This document shows, piece by piece, positions 8,669 through 18,903 of a stretch of 64,000 nt of DNA. The DNA comes from a virus, in IMG/VR virus record IMGVR_UViG_3300017971_000276, positions 8,928 to 72,927 of that record. One strand, 5' to 3'. The translations under genes and the position numbers were made by a program. A model generated the notes under the pieces. That model saw only the letters and a program-made list of their open reading frames with translations, was not told the DNA's origin and searched no databases. Numbering within the stretch: the first letter of the stretch is position 1; each line of letters begins with the position of its first letter.

Positions 8669-10090
8669 ATGACTATTCCAAGAGGATATGTTGCAGATCA
8701 CAAGTTTTGGGACCGTATGGGCCGTATTACGCCTAATGTTGAATGGTCCGAATCTCATCGTCCGCACTTTGAAAGCATGCCAGCCCCATGGCTCCCCGTG
8801 CAACGCAAAGAAGAAGAAATCGAGTATTACATCGTAGTCTCTTCTGGTAAAGTTGTTGCTGAGTCTCGTGAGGGGCATGTTGTTCCTGCTGGCTTGCGGA
8901 AAGCCTGGAATGTAGCAGCTGGGTCTAATACTCTAGCTTATACAGCTACAGACGTAACCGAAGGCACAATTGACTTGACAACTGGTGTTGCGGTTACTGG
9001 TGCTGTGACTTATACACAGACACAGCTTACAACTGCTCTCCGTCAGCGTGGTCTGATTCGCCACAGCGAGTTTGCAATGGACTTCATTAGCAAGCCTATT
9101 GGATTCGCCTCTTATAACTATTACAAGGCAGCCGGATCTGATCATTTCAATCCAGCCAATCTTTATCAACACAACTTCCGTCCACAGGCCTTAGTTGCAG
9201 TAACATGTGACTATGTTTCTACATTCCCAGTGCTTCCAGCATTAGCGACTACAGAAACAATGGCCAATGACAATACTGGTGGAGCTGCTGCTGCTATGGA
9301 GAACTTCTTCAATGGCACTACTACTCCTCGTGTTGCTGGCTGGTTTAATGCGACACAAATTCATGCAGTAGACCGTTACGCAAGTGACGTTGCCGCTACT
9401 GACAATGTTGTTGCTTACATGTTTGTAAATTATCCAGTGGCTCATATTACAGAAGATAGTCCAATTACTGCTTCTGTTGCTGGTCTTACTCGTGAAGTTA
9501 GCGCAGTGACTGCAATTAGTGCAGCAGGCGATTACTTCATCGATTATGAGATGGGCGTCCTTTTCCTCTATGAGGCTGGCGGGAATGCTATTCCTTCTCC
9601 ATGGGCTGTGGGTTCTACTATTACTTATTATCACTATGCCACAACTGGAACAGCAACGAATACAGTAAGCACATATGCATGTGCAACTGGCAATCTAGAG
9701 TATGGCGATTTCCTAACATACGATAGTAATAGTAACCTTATCAAGGCTACTCTTGATATCGCCAATGCAGAAGGATACACATCTGCAGGTGCTGTTTATT
9801 CAGCAGATCCTGAGTATGATACCAATGCAGATAACGCAGCTGTATCTTCACAACTAGAACAAGCAATTGATAATCATATCTTTGGTGTTGTTGGTCAGAT
9901 CATCGGTACAACAGTATTTGGTGAAGGTCGTCACTCTAAAGATTATTTGGACCGTGTTGCTACTGCTTACCAAGGACAGACTGCTGCAAACATGCAGACT
10001 CCTGGTAGCGCAACTGGTGGACGTACGGACCAGCTAACTTATACAAATGCAGCTGAGCGCATGATCATTGTTAACTTGATCTTCCGCTAA
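8669..10090 (+). CDS. Putative head decoration / capsid-associated protein
   Basis: 473 aa, strong GGAGGT SD, Ala/Thr/Gly-rich, immediately upstream of the major capsid gene. Confidence 0.55.
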   Translation: MTIPRGYVADHKFWDRMGRITPNVEWSESHRPHFESMPAPWLPVQRKEEEIEYYIVVSSGKVVAESREGHVVPAGLRKAWNVAAGSNTLAYTATDVTEGTIDLTTGVAVTGAVTYTQTQLTTALRQRGLIRHSEFAMDFISKPIGFASYNYYKAAGSDHFNPANLYQHNFRPQALVAVTCDYVSTFPVLPALATTETMANDNTGGAAAAMENFFNGTTTPRVAGWFNATQIHAVDRYASDVAATDNVVAYMFVNYPVAHITEDSPITASVAGLTREVSAVTAISAAGDYFIDYEMGVLFLYEAGGNAIPSPWAVGSTITYYHYATTGTATNTVSTYACATGNLEYGDFLTYDSNSNLIKATLDIANAEGYTSAGAVYSADPEYDTNADNAAVSSQLEQAIDNHIFGVVGQIIGTTVFGEGRHSKDYLDRVATAYQGQTAANMQTPGSATGGRTDQLTYTNAAERMIIVNLIFR

Positions 10091-10114
10091 TGCCGAAGAA
10101 GGAGGATATTAAAA

Positions 10115-11377
10115 ATGGGTAGAAAGCAAATCGATCATGAAGTAGCCTTCGGCGACAGTTATGAGGTATTTCTTGATACATGGCTAAGCAATGGATTCAA
10201 CAAGCCAACACAAACTCAGCTTGAATTCAATGATATTATGGCCACACCAAATGCCGCATATTGGATGCCGAAAGTAGTCGAAGATATCGTTCGCGAACCT
10301 GTTGAGCCTATGCTAATTGTTCCAAGTCTTTTGGATCGGATTCAGTATACCCCAGCAGCACGGATTACCTTCCCTGCAATTGGAGCCTTAGTGGCTTACG
10401 ATCTGGGCGAAGGCCAATCATATCCCGAACAGCAGCTGAATGTAGCACCTGGTTCTATCACTATTAATGTGGGAAAAACTGGTGTTGCCTTCAAGATTAC
10501 TGAAGAGATGAGAAAGTATTCTCAGTTTGACGTAATCAATATGCACATCCGTGCAGCTCGTCGGGCTCTTGATCGTCATAAAGAACAAAAAGGTATGAAT
10601 TACATTACCTCTATGGGTGTTACTTTGTTTGACAATCTAACTCCAACAAGTTCTGTTTATGGGACATGCACAGGTCGCTCTATTACAGGTTCTGGTAACG
10701 GTTCTTGTCGCATGGAAGATCTTCTAAAAGCATATGCACATATTATGATGCAGGGTTATACCCCTGACACCATTCTAATGCATCCCCTCACATGGTCTAT
10801 GTGGATGGCTGATCCTCTGCTTCAAACCATCGTGAAGAATACTGGTAATGGTTCTTGGTTCCAACCACACAATATACCGAAGTCTGGTCTGCCATGGGCA
10901 AATGCTTCGCAGAACAAGATGGGTATTAGTAGTGGATATGGACAGTTTACTCCAACTGGGAATGCAGGGTCTGAGACTCCTAGTACTGTTTCTGAAATTG
11001 ATCAGAATCTAAATTCTGCCCCAGTAATTCCAAGTTACTTCCCACATCCATTACGTGTACTCGTTAGCCCCTTCGTTCCATTTAATGTGCACAATAACAC
11101 TTGTGACATGATGATCTTTGATTCTCAGAATCTTGGCGCTCTCGTTGTTGATGAGGACGTTAGTATGGATCAATGGGAAGACATGGCTACTGATATCACA
11201 AAAGTGAAGCTGAAAGAACGTTATGCATTCGCTATTTATGAAGATGGTCTGGCCATCGGTGTTCTTAAGAACATCCCAGTTAAAGCAAATGAGATTGCTC
11301 TACCCGTTAGTGCAACTATTTCTGCTGCTGGTTCACTCGATGATATCGATACCACAACTGCTATCAGCGGACTATAA
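10115..11377 (+). CDS. Major capsid protein (HK97 fold)
   Basis: 420 aa with GGAGG SD. HK97-like pattern: MPKVV..IVRE, EG..YPE, KTGVAFKITEEM, PDTILMHP..W, SPFVP, KERYAF. Followed by a terminator. Confidence 0.9.
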   Translation: MGRKQIDHEVAFGDSYEVFLDTWLSNGFNKPTQTQLEFNDIMATPNAAYWMPKVVEDIVREPVEPMLIVPSLLDRIQYTPAARITFPAIGALVAYDLGEGQSYPEQQLNVAPGSITINVGKTGVAFKITEEMRKYSQFDVINMHIRAARRALDRHKEQKGMNYITSMGVTLFDNLTPTSSVYGTCTGRSITGSGNGSCRMEDLLKAYAHIMMQGYTPDTILMHPLTWSMWMADPLLQTIVKNTGNGSWFQPHNIPKSGLPWANASQNKMGISSGYGQFTPTGNAGSETPSTVSEIDQNLNSAPVIPSYFPHPLRVLVSPFVPFNVHNNTCDMMIFDSQNLGALVVDEDVSMDQWEDMATDITKVKLKERYAFAIYEDGLAIGVLKNIPVKANEIALPVSATISAAGSLDDIDTTTAISGL

Positions 11378-11404
11378 TTCGTAGCGTCGTTATGACGTAG
11401 CATC

Positions 11405-11450
11405 GAAAGGGAGGAGGAGCGGTCGGTCTCCTTCTCCCTTTCTTCTTTCT
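11405..11450 (+). terminator. Rho-independent terminator after the capsid gene
   Basis: GAAAGGGAGGAGGAG (11405-11419) pairs with CTCCTTCTCCCTTTC (11428-11442) with one G-U pair, followed by TTCTTTCT. Confidence 0.8.
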
Positions 11451-11467
11451 AACCAAGGAGTAGAGCT

Positions 11468-12001
11468 ATGAAGCTCGTTAAGATTAAGCTGAGTGAAAGT
11501 CCTTTCTGGTTTCTTGGGAAGGCTATAAAGCTCAATCGTTCAAAGCCATTTAGCGATCTTATTAATGTTGATTCTCTGTCTGATGAAGACAAAAAAATTA
11601 TTGATAAGTCTATCTCTAGATGTGAGATTAAGCTTTTTGATTCAGAGGGGAATAGAATTCCTTCTTTGGAAGAGGCTGGCTATATTAGGGGAGAATTTTC
11701 TGTCAGTCTAGAAGATATTAAAGAAGATCAATCCGACACTGTTCCTGAAGTTTTTTCTGTTACTGTTGGTAATGATGACGAAGACGAAGAAGATGAGATT
11801 CTAGAACCTACAGAAACAGACTATGAAAATGCAGAATTAATTCTGAGTAAGAATGGGAATACAGTAAAGAAAATTATCAAAGAGACTTCTGACTCTGAAG
11901 AGGGTTTGTCCTTATTGCATGCATGCTTAACTATTGAAAAACAAAATAAGAATAGGATTGGGATTATTAATTCTATTGAACAAAGGATTATGGAGTTTTA
12001 A
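11468..12001 (+). CDS. Hypothetical acidic protein
   Basis: 177 aa ORF with AAGGAG SD. Confidence 0.7.
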   Translation: MKLVKIKLSESPFWFLGKAIKLNRSKPFSDLINVDSLSDEDKKIIDKSISRCEIKLFDSEGNRIPSLEEAGYIRGEFSVSLEDIKEDQSDTVPEVFSVTVGNDDEDEEDEILEPTETDYENAELILSKNGNTVKKIIKETSDSEEGLSLLHACLTIEKQNKNRIGIINSIEQRIMEF

Positions 12002-12002
12002 G

Positions 12003-12257
12003 ATGAAGGATGTTGATGTTAATAGTAGAGAATTTCGTGCGAAGTTAGAGCTTGAAGACACTGGAGAAATCACATTAAAAGTCACAGAAGAATTAATTTC
12101 TAAACTTCGTGCCTTGGCCAAGCAGCAAAAAGCAGAAAGTTCTGCTGAAAAATTTGCTGAGATTTTAGGCAATGGAGGCAAGGATACTCCGGAGGCTTTT
12201 GTAGAAGAAGCAAAAATTAATTCAATTGCAGACACTCTAGAGATTGAGGAGGAGTAA
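12003..12257 (+). CDS. Small hypothetical protein
   Basis: Likely start ATG 12003 (GGAG upstream) rather than 11934; 84 aa, acidic. Confidence 0.55.
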   Translation: MKDVDVNSREFRAKLELEDTGEITLKVTEELISKLRALAKQQKAESSAEKFAEILGNGGKDTPEAFVEEAKINSIADTLEIEEE

Positions 12258-12262
12258 TTTAG

Positions 12263-14062
12263 ATGGCCACAGTTCCAAGTGTAGTCAATGTTTATCCGGC
12301 TAATGGTGCTGTAGGCATCCCTATTGGCGACCAAATTACAGTTACATTTGACCAGGAGATGGATGAAGATTCCATTAACACTGGTACGTTTGTTCTTACT
12401 GGTCCAGATCAAGGTGTCTTCTTTGGTGGGGAATTAAATCCATTTGAAGAGCCTGGTCTTAATGCTGATGATATTTTAGACTCTCCGTATTTTGGAGGGT
12501 TTGTAAAATGCACTGTTTCTTTCTCAAGAGTTGATGCTTCTGGTTCTCCTGTTGCAGACACTGAAGTTGACTATACTGGAGCGGGCAACCTTTGGCGTAC
12601 GGTTGCTACTTTGACACCTGAAGCTCCTCTAGCCTCTAATAAGCAATATTCTGCTATCCTTGCTGGAGATGAAGATCCTACAAATGCTTTTGATAGTGGA
12701 GTTCGAACAAGAACAGTTTTTGATCCAAATCCAGTTTCTGTAACTGGCACTGGTGTAATTTATACTGGTGGAGGCTATACAGGAACGATTCAAAAAACCT
12801 ACACTGTAGAGATAGTAACAGGAGGACAAACAGGTAATGCTACTTATCAGTGGTGGGATAATTCTGATCCTTTAACTTTATATAGTGGTATTACTGTTAC
12901 GGGCCGTCGAGAGCTTGATAATGGGATGTACATTACTTGTGATCCTGATGGTACTTTTGTATCTGGAGACAGGTGGACAATTGTTTGCATCCCCTTCTTC
13001 TCTCTGTTAAATACTTACAGATGGACATTCTCTACGGGTAGTGGGGCTATTGCTACTCCTCCCTCAACATCTAGTACAAGTGGCATCCAAGAGCTTGCAG
13101 CAAGCGCTACAGCTTCAACTTTATCTATAGACTCCGTAGACCCAACAGGTGGAGAGTATGGAGTCGCTATCTCTACAGATCCTTATGTTGGAGAAAGAAT
13201 TACAGTTACATTTGATGATACTTATCCTATCAATGCTTCTACTTTAGTGAATGCTGTAAGTATTGAATCTAAGCCAGCAACAGGCGTGGATGATCTTACT
13301 TCTATTACCTATACTGGGGATTTAAGTTTCACAACTTCTTTAGTTGGAGACAATGTGTTAAGAATTGATTTGGATCCTGGTCAGCTTTATCAAAACAATA
13401 TAGTTATTGTTACTCTTGATGAAACTATTGCTAATACCCAAGGTACAACTTTGGGGTCTGACTATATTACTTATTTTGCAACAACCTATACTCCAATATA
13501 CACAACTCTTAGAAGGATCCGTCTTGATCTTGGTCCTTTATTAGTTAATGTACCAGATGAGACTATTATGCTTGCAATTCTAGAAGCTTCATTAATGGTT
13601 GATGCTATCTCATTTGTATCAACAACTGATAATGCTAACTTCTTAAATATGGCCAAGCGTGAATATGCTACATGTCTTGCAGAGCTTATGCTTGTTAACG
13701 GGATAGCATCTGATACTAATTCTTCTGATCGGATGAGTAAAACTCTTGGAGATCTTAATGTCTCTAGATCTGGTGGTGGAGGTAGTCTATCAGACGCTCA
13801 AGATAGACTGAATGGTTGTATAGAATATTGGAAAGTAGCAGTTCAAACAGGAGGAGAAATTGCTCCTGATACTTCCTTAAAACCAGGTTCTACTGTCAAA
13901 GGGGCAAATGCAGAAGATGCTATTGCTGTTGGCAGACAATGGGAGGCTACTTCAGGCCTTGGCTATTATCGGCCATCAACAAATACTTCTGTTAGAGGTA
14001 GCAGCTCTCGAAGAGCACTTAAGACATGGAGACATAAAAACTCTTGGAGGACTAACGACTAA
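12263..14062 (+). CDS. Ig-like (Big_5-type) domain protein with C-terminal head-tail adaptor-like domain
   Basis: VYPANGAVGIPIGDQITVTFDQEMDEDSI and a second copy SVDPTGGE..ITVTFD. C-terminal helical region ending SKTLGDLNVS resembles gp15-type adaptors; neck position. Confidence 0.65.
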   Translation: MATVPSVVNVYPANGAVGIPIGDQITVTFDQEMDEDSINTGTFVLTGPDQGVFFGGELNPFEEPGLNADDILDSPYFGGFVKCTVSFSRVDASGSPVADTEVDYTGAGNLWRTVATLTPEAPLASNKQYSAILAGDEDPTNAFDSGVRTRTVFDPNPVSVTGTGVIYTGGGYTGTIQKTYTVEIVTGGQTGNATYQWWDNSDPLTLYSGITVTGRRELDNGMYITCDPDGTFVSGDRWTIVCIPFFSLLNTYRWTFSTGSGAIATPPSTSSTSGIQELAASATASTLSIDSVDPTGGEYGVAISTDPYVGERITVTFDDTYPINASTLVNAVSIESKPATGVDDLTSITYTGDLSFTTSLVGDNVLRIDLDPGQLYQNNIVIVTLDETIANTQGTTLGSDYITYFATTYTPIYTTLRRIRLDLGPLLVNVPDETIMLAILEASLMVDAISFVSTTDNANFLNMAKREYATCLAELMLVNGIASDTNSSDRMSKTLGDLNVSRSGGGGSLSDAQDRLNGCIEYWKVAVQTGGEIAPDTSLKPGSTVKGANAEDAIAVGRQWEATSGLGYYRPSTNTSVRGSSSRRALKTWRHKNSWRTND

Positions 14063-14631
14063 TGGCTGGCACAAATCCATATACAAGTCTTTATCCAACA
14101 ACTCTTTCTGGCAAAGAACTTGATTTGAGGACAGAGATGCATCGTACGCTATATGGAGCTATAGATGAAGAACCCAAAGGACGTTTAGGACTTTTGCGAC
14201 GAATGCGTAGAGATTCAAATGGAGACCTTGTTCGTTGTCCCTGTCGAGATAATATTACTGACGAACCTGACAAAGATTATTATTGCAGGTATTGTCTAGG
14301 TATGGGCTATTTTTGGGACGAAGCCAAAATAGTGTATTATAGAAATGATGATTCTTTTCGCAAACGTGAAGGGAAAAATCAAGAATTTGAAGGCGATGAC
14401 TTCTTCTTGGAATATGATGTTGTTATTGCGCCGGAAGATTATATTGTTACAGTTGATTTGGATTCTGAGGGGAAGCCTACTCTTCCTGTAACAAGAAGTA
14501 AAATGTTTAAAATTTTAAGTGCTGATCCTTTTAGGTCAGATAATGGTAGAATAGAGTTCTGGAGAGTTCGCGCTGTAGAAGAACGTAAATGGAGTATTTG
14601 GTATGACGTCAAGAATAGACAACATAACTAG
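14062..14631 (+). CDS. Putative head-closure/neck protein with Zn-finger (CPC...CRYCLGMG)
   Basis: Cys motif and position between adaptor and tail-completion genes. Confidence 0.6.
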   Translation: MAGTNPYTSLYPTTLSGKELDLRTEMHRTLYGAIDEEPKGRLGLLRRMRRDSNGDLVRCPCRDNITDEPDKDYYCRYCLGMGYFWDEAKIVYYRNDDSFRKREGKNQEFEGDDFFLEYDVVIAPEDYIVTVDLDSEGKPTLPVTRSKMFKILSADPFRSDNGRIEFWRVRAVEERKWSIWYDVKNRQHN

Positions 14632-15316
14632 AGTCACCTCCTCAGAGGCAGTGGATATTCGAGTCAGACTTAATGAGTCTGAAATCCAGTCTCTTGTGAA
14701 TAGGTATCTAGAAAGTGTCGACACTGGCAAAAGGACTCCAGTTTCTGGTGCGGAACTATCTGATTTTTTTGAGTTGGTACAAAATTCTGTTGTCTCAAAA
14801 CAAAGACAAGAAGGGGTATTAGACGATAAACTTATTTTAGTTGTTGAAGATGATCCTCCAGAGACAGTAGACACAGAAGCAATAACATTCTATTTGAAGA
14901 CTAGAGTTCCTGGTAAATTTGACCAAGGGCCTTCAGGAGCAGGTAGGATTAAAGAAGTAACTCCTCATAGGAGAGCAATTATTGACCACCCTGAAGCTCC
15001 TGGTCAAAAACTTGTGACTATGGGAAGATATTATGACAATTGGGTTACTTTTAATGTTTTCGCTCGAACCAATAAAGTAGCAAGAGAAAGATTGCTTTGG
15101 TTTGAGAGAATGATGGATATTTATAATTGGTATTTCCGTCTCTATGGTTTCCGGGTTATTGAAGAAGGAGTTGGAAGCAGAGAGAAGGTAAAGATAGATG
15201 AACTTGTGGTAACAAAATACCCCATCACCTATATGGTGAGAACAGATGATACGTTCCATTTTAGCACTCAAGAATTAAGACAAATTCTTATTGATCTGGA
15301 ACTATCTACTAATTAG
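14603..15316 (+). CDS. Putative tail completion/terminator protein
   Basis: 237 aa, directly upstream of the sheath; TFNVFART...A pattern. Confidence 0.5.
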   Translation: MTSRIDNITRVTSSEAVDIRVRLNESEIQSLVNRYLESVDTGKRTPVSGAELSDFFELVQNSVVSKQRQEGVLDDKLILVVEDDPPETVDTEAITFYLKTRVPGKFDQGPSGAGRIKEVTPHRRAIIDHPEAPGQKLVTMGRYYDNWVTFNVFARTNKVARERLLWFERMMDIYNWYFRLYGFRVIEEGVGSREKVKIDELVVTKYPITYMVRTDDTFHFSTQELRQILIDLELSTN

Positions 15317-15327
15317 GAGGGTTCGTA

Positions 15328-17214
15328 ATGGCATATCCAAATCTTCCAGGAGTAAAACTTTCTAAGAATGATGGGAATTTGGCTCCTACAGCAGCAGCGA
15401 GAGCGCCTCGTGTATTAATTATTGGTACTGCTGGCCAAGGTCAGGGCGATGAACTATTCTTAGTTCCTACAACTTCTCAGGCCAAAAGTGAGTTTGGCAA
15501 TGAAGGAACTTTAATTCGCGGCATGTGGGAAGCTCTTAAAACAGGAGCTGAGGAAGTCGCTCTATATCGTATTGGTTCTACTTCTGCAGTCCTAGACCAT
15601 GTTGGTGATTCTGCTGGTTCAGCAGGATATAGGATTGAAACAGTAACTCAAGATGCATCTGCAGGAACAGATTATGCTTTGTATTTTGACGATACCTCAG
15701 ATCGATTGGTTGTTCGGCGCAATACTGACAATCTAGTTGTTTGGGATAACAACCCGTCTAACCCTATTGATCTATTTGAAGTAGTAGTGAGTGGGTATAG
15801 AGCTGCAGCAGGTGGGCCAGATATTGGTTCTGCTTCCGGTTTTATTAACCTTGCTAGTGTTGATCCGTCAACATATGCAGGCACAGAATTTACTGCAGGC
15901 ACAGATGGCTTAAGTCTTTCTAGAATGGAAATGTATGAAGAGCTATATGTTGCTTACAAGAATCTAATGTCTGAAGCATTTGATGTTATTGTTCCAATGG
16001 ATGTCTATTTAGATGACTATAATATAGTTAATCAAGGACACTTTAAAGGAGCAGTTTCTCCTGTAATCCCAGTCGGTCAGCAATATCCGACAGCTGGAGC
16101 ATTCTCTCCTACTGTTGATGTTGACTCTCTTGGTAAAGTTTTTGTTGAAGAGTATGAAGGCGAATTTTATTTCTGGTGGGATACTGATGGAGATGGCGTT
16201 GCAGAGGTATTTCCTACTCCAGCAATTGGGTCTTCTAGCTCAACAACAAAGATTGATGGAACGACTTTAACAACTGCTGATTTCCATGAAGTTAACTTCG
16301 GTTATCAGCTATCTCGTTTTCTGTATGACTATAGTGAAGAGATTGTTGACGCAACTGGTGTTATTGGTGTCCTTCCTCCCGACAGTAATTCTCTGCGAGA
16401 TAGAGCTCGTTGGTTAGGACAAGATCCAACATGGACATTAAACACAAACACAGGAGAATATTACATTGCTGCTCCATCTGCAAATGGGACTGGCTTACTT
16501 GGTAATAAGTTTATGGTTGGCCGTTTTGATCATAGAAGCGGAGCGTTTGGTGGCGGAATGATCCTAACTGATACTCAGTTTATGGATGGAACAGAACAAG
16601 TTGATGACAATAGTATTGCTGTTGATCTTGGTAAATACATTTCTGTTGTTTCTGAGACTGCATTCTTAAGAAACAATTGGTATCCTGCTGGCTATCGTGC
16701 ATCTATTGCATCTTCATATGCAGGATTTTATATTGGTCTTCCTCCATCAAGTGCACCAACGAATAAAAACATTTCTGGTTCTTCTATCATTTATAAAATG
16801 GCAATGGGAGCCTATGATAGTCTAACTGGTGCAGGCTATGTCTCATTACGGAATCGTCCACTTGGTGGAACCGTAGTAACAGATGCGCCAACAGCAACTC
16901 TGCCAAATTCTGACTGGAGACGTTTGTCAACAGTGCGGATTGTTAAAGAAGTTGTAGACAGAATTCGTTCTGGTCTTGATCCGTTTATTGGAGAAGGAAC
17001 TGGTGCTTCTGTACGCGCAAGTATGGAAAGTGTTGTCGGAGAGATTCTCCTGCAAGCAAAACGAGATGGCTATCTGCAAGATTATAAGGAGTTTAGTATC
17101 ATTCAGACTCCTCAACAAGAAGTTCTTGGCGTCGTTGAAGTCAATCTGACATTGATTCCAGCGTTTGAGATTCGCCAGATTAATCTAACAGTTTCACTAA
17201 GCAAGTCTGGCTAA
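15328..17214 (+). CDS. Contractile tail sheath protein
   Basis: N-terminal LPGV and IIGTAGQG...AKSEFG; C-terminal WRRLSTVRIV..FIGE..LIPAFEIRQINLTV, typical of sheath proteins. Confidence 0.92.
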   Translation: MAYPNLPGVKLSKNDGNLAPTAAARAPRVLIIGTAGQGQGDELFLVPTTSQAKSEFGNEGTLIRGMWEALKTGAEEVALYRIGSTSAVLDHVGDSAGSAGYRIETVTQDASAGTDYALYFDDTSDRLVVRRNTDNLVVWDNNPSNPIDLFEVVVSGYRAAAGGPDIGSASGFINLASVDPSTYAGTEFTAGTDGLSLSRMEMYEELYVAYKNLMSEAFDVIVPMDVYLDDYNIVNQGHFKGAVSPVIPVGQQYPTAGAFSPTVDVDSLGKVFVEEYEGEFYFWWDTDGDGVAEVFPTPAIGSSSSTTKIDGTTLTTADFHEVNFGYQLSRFLYDYSEEIVDATGVIGVLPPDSNSLRDRARWLGQDPTWTLNTNTGEYYIAAPSANGTGLLGNKFMVGRFDHRSGAFGGGMILTDTQFMDGTEQVDDNSIAVDLGKYISVVSETAFLRNNWYPAGYRASIASSYAGFYIGLPPSSAPTNKNISGSSIIYKMAMGAYDSLTGAGYVSLRNRPLGGTVVTDAPTATLPNSDWRRLSTVRIVKEVVDRIRSGLDPFIGEGTGASVRASMESVVGEILLQAKRDGYLQDYKEFSIIQTPQQEVLGVVEVNLTLIPAFEIRQINLTVSLSKSG

Positions 17215-17235
17215 TTAAGGGAGGAATGATAGACA

Positions 17236-17910
17236 ATGGCACTACAATCGGCATTCACAAGAGGCTATAATAGCTTCTCAGGCGTGGACATTAAGGCTGT
17301 TATCGGTTCTAATGTAATCGGTAGCATCCAAGGTATTTCATACCAAGTGTCCCGTGAAAAAGCTCCTATTTATACAATGGGTAGCGCAGATCCACGAGCA
17401 TTTGCTAGAGGCAAACGTGCAATTGCTGGTTCTTTGGTCTTCATTCAGTTTGATCATGAACCACTAATGTACGAACTAGCAAACCCTGATCCTAAAGAGG
17501 AGAGCAGAAGACTTTATTTCTTGTCTGATATTGATGACCTTCGTCCTGAATATCGAGCAGGAGAAAGAGTTGAAGTTGCGACAACAGGAGTAAGCCCAGT
17601 ATCAGCAGAAAGCACAAATGTACCTGGTGCTAATATTGGCCAACAAGAGAGTAATATTACAACTGCAGGGTCTGATCAACAAAAGGCATTACCTTGGTAC
17701 GCAGATCAGATTCCGCCATTTGATGTCGTTTTAGGCGCAGCAAATGAGTATGGCGCATTGTCTATTATGAAGATTCTTGGTTGTGAGCTTATGAACTCTG
17801 GATATGGTGTCTCTATTGATGATATCGTTTCCGAACATAGCTATACATATATTGCTCATGGTCTATTGCCATGGGTAAGCCAAGGTGTTCATGAAGACAT
17901 GTTAGGCTAA
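17236..17910 (+). CDS. Tail tube protein
   Basis: Follows the sheath gene; SFSGVDI, SREKAPIYTMGS.DPRAFARGKRAIAGSLVF, DQIPPFD; followed by a hairpin. Confidence 0.8.
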   Translation: MALQSAFTRGYNSFSGVDIKAVIGSNVIGSIQGISYQVSREKAPIYTMGSADPRAFARGKRAIAGSLVFIQFDHEPLMYELANPDPKEESRRLYFLSDIDDLRPEYRAGERVEVATTGVSPVSAESTNVPGANIGQQESNITTAGSDQQKALPWYADQIPPFDVVLGAANEYGALSIMKILGCELMNSGYGVSIDDIVSEHSYTYIAHGLLPWVSQGVHEDMLG

Positions 17911-17929
17911 TTGTCAGTTTGTCTATTTG

Positions 17930-17970
17930 CAGAGCTAGGGAATTGACTCTAGCTCTGTTCTCCCCTCTCT
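17930..17970 (+). terminator. Hairpin, probable terminator after the tube gene
   Basis: CAGAGCTAG (17930-17938) pairs with CTAGCTCTG (17949-17957), followed by a pyrimidine run. Confidence 0.6.
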
Positions 17971-17982
17971 ATAAGGAATAAA

Positions 17983-18903
17983 ATGATCAGTTATCGCGCA
18001 CCATTAGATAAAGGTCTTGTCGCATACGATGAAGGTGGAAGGGTCATAGGTCCTGTTAGCAATGCTACAGCTTCAGAATACTTAGGTTGGGGAAGCTATT
18101 CTGGTGCTGATATTAAAGTAATTGTGCATTATCCTAGAGATTTTAGCGCAATAAAACTTCTTAACGAAGACAGAAGAAAACATGAAATGGATTTATTCCA
18201 ACTTGATAATCAAATAGCAGTACTTCAAAATACTGTAAATGCTTATCAAGGATCTCTTTCTGACAATCAAGTTATTCAGTTAAATGATAGAAGAGCGGCA
18301 GTAACAAGCCAACTTGAACTAATTGACAAAGAGATTGTTAAGGCTAAAAATATTCCTACCTCAAAAGTTATTGGTGAGCTTCAAACAATGTCTTATAGTG
18401 TGTATCGTGAGAAGTCACCTGTTAGAACCCTTGGTTCTGTATATCCAAGAGCTTATGTTCGCGGCCCAAGAACTATTGGTGGCTCAATGATTTTTACTGT
18501 GTTTAATCAACATGTCCTTCATGAGATTCTAGAAATGAATCTAAAGTTCTATAACACAGGAACTAGTGATCATGACAAATATACTTATTCTACAAATCTT
18601 CCAGATCAGCTTCCTCCACTAGATATGAGTCTAGTGTTTGCAAATGAGTATGGTTCTATTTCACATATGGGCTTGTATGGTGTAGAATTTATGCAAGAGG
18701 GAACAACATTCTCTATCGAAGATATTTTTACTGAGAATGTAGTGCAGTATGTAGCAAGGGATATAGATCCAATGAGACTAGTAAGCAAACGAGAAGTTGA
18801 TGGTCAGGGAGTAAAAGATGAATGGAGTTCTACTGCCTCCTCTTTGTTAAAGAATAAACAGTTTAAAAACAATCATTTAGTCAGAAGGAATCAATTTATT
18901 TAA
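17983..18903 (+). CDS. Tail tube-like paralog with coiled-coil insertion
   Basis: SYSGADI, REKSPVRTLGS, RGPRTIGGSMIF, DQLPPLD and ANEYG are shared with the tube protein. Confidence 0.75.
   Translation: MISYRAPLDKGLVAYDEGGRVIGPVSNATASEYLGWGSYSGADIKVIVHYPRDFSAIKLLNEDRRKHEMDLFQLDNQIAVLQNTVNAYQGSLSDNQVIQLNDRRAAVTSQLELIDKEIVKAKNIPTSKVIGELQTMSYSVYREKSPVRTLGSVYPRAYVRGPRTIGGSMIFTVFNQHVLHEILEMNLKFYNTGTSDHDKYTYSTNLPDQLPPLDMSLVFANEYGSISHMGLYGVEFMQEGTTFSIEDIFTENVVQYVARDIDPMRLVSKREVDGQGVKDEWSSTASSLLKNKQFKNNHLVRRNQFI

Noticed and set aside
11378-11404. Small imperfect hairpin (CGTCG-TTA-TGACG) between the capsid stop and the terminator
   Set aside because: Too short and weak to call an ncRNA or regulatory element
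17943-17975. TTGACT...TATAAG promoter-like pair after the tube gene
   Set aside because: Spacer is 21 nt and the -35 lies in a hairpin loop
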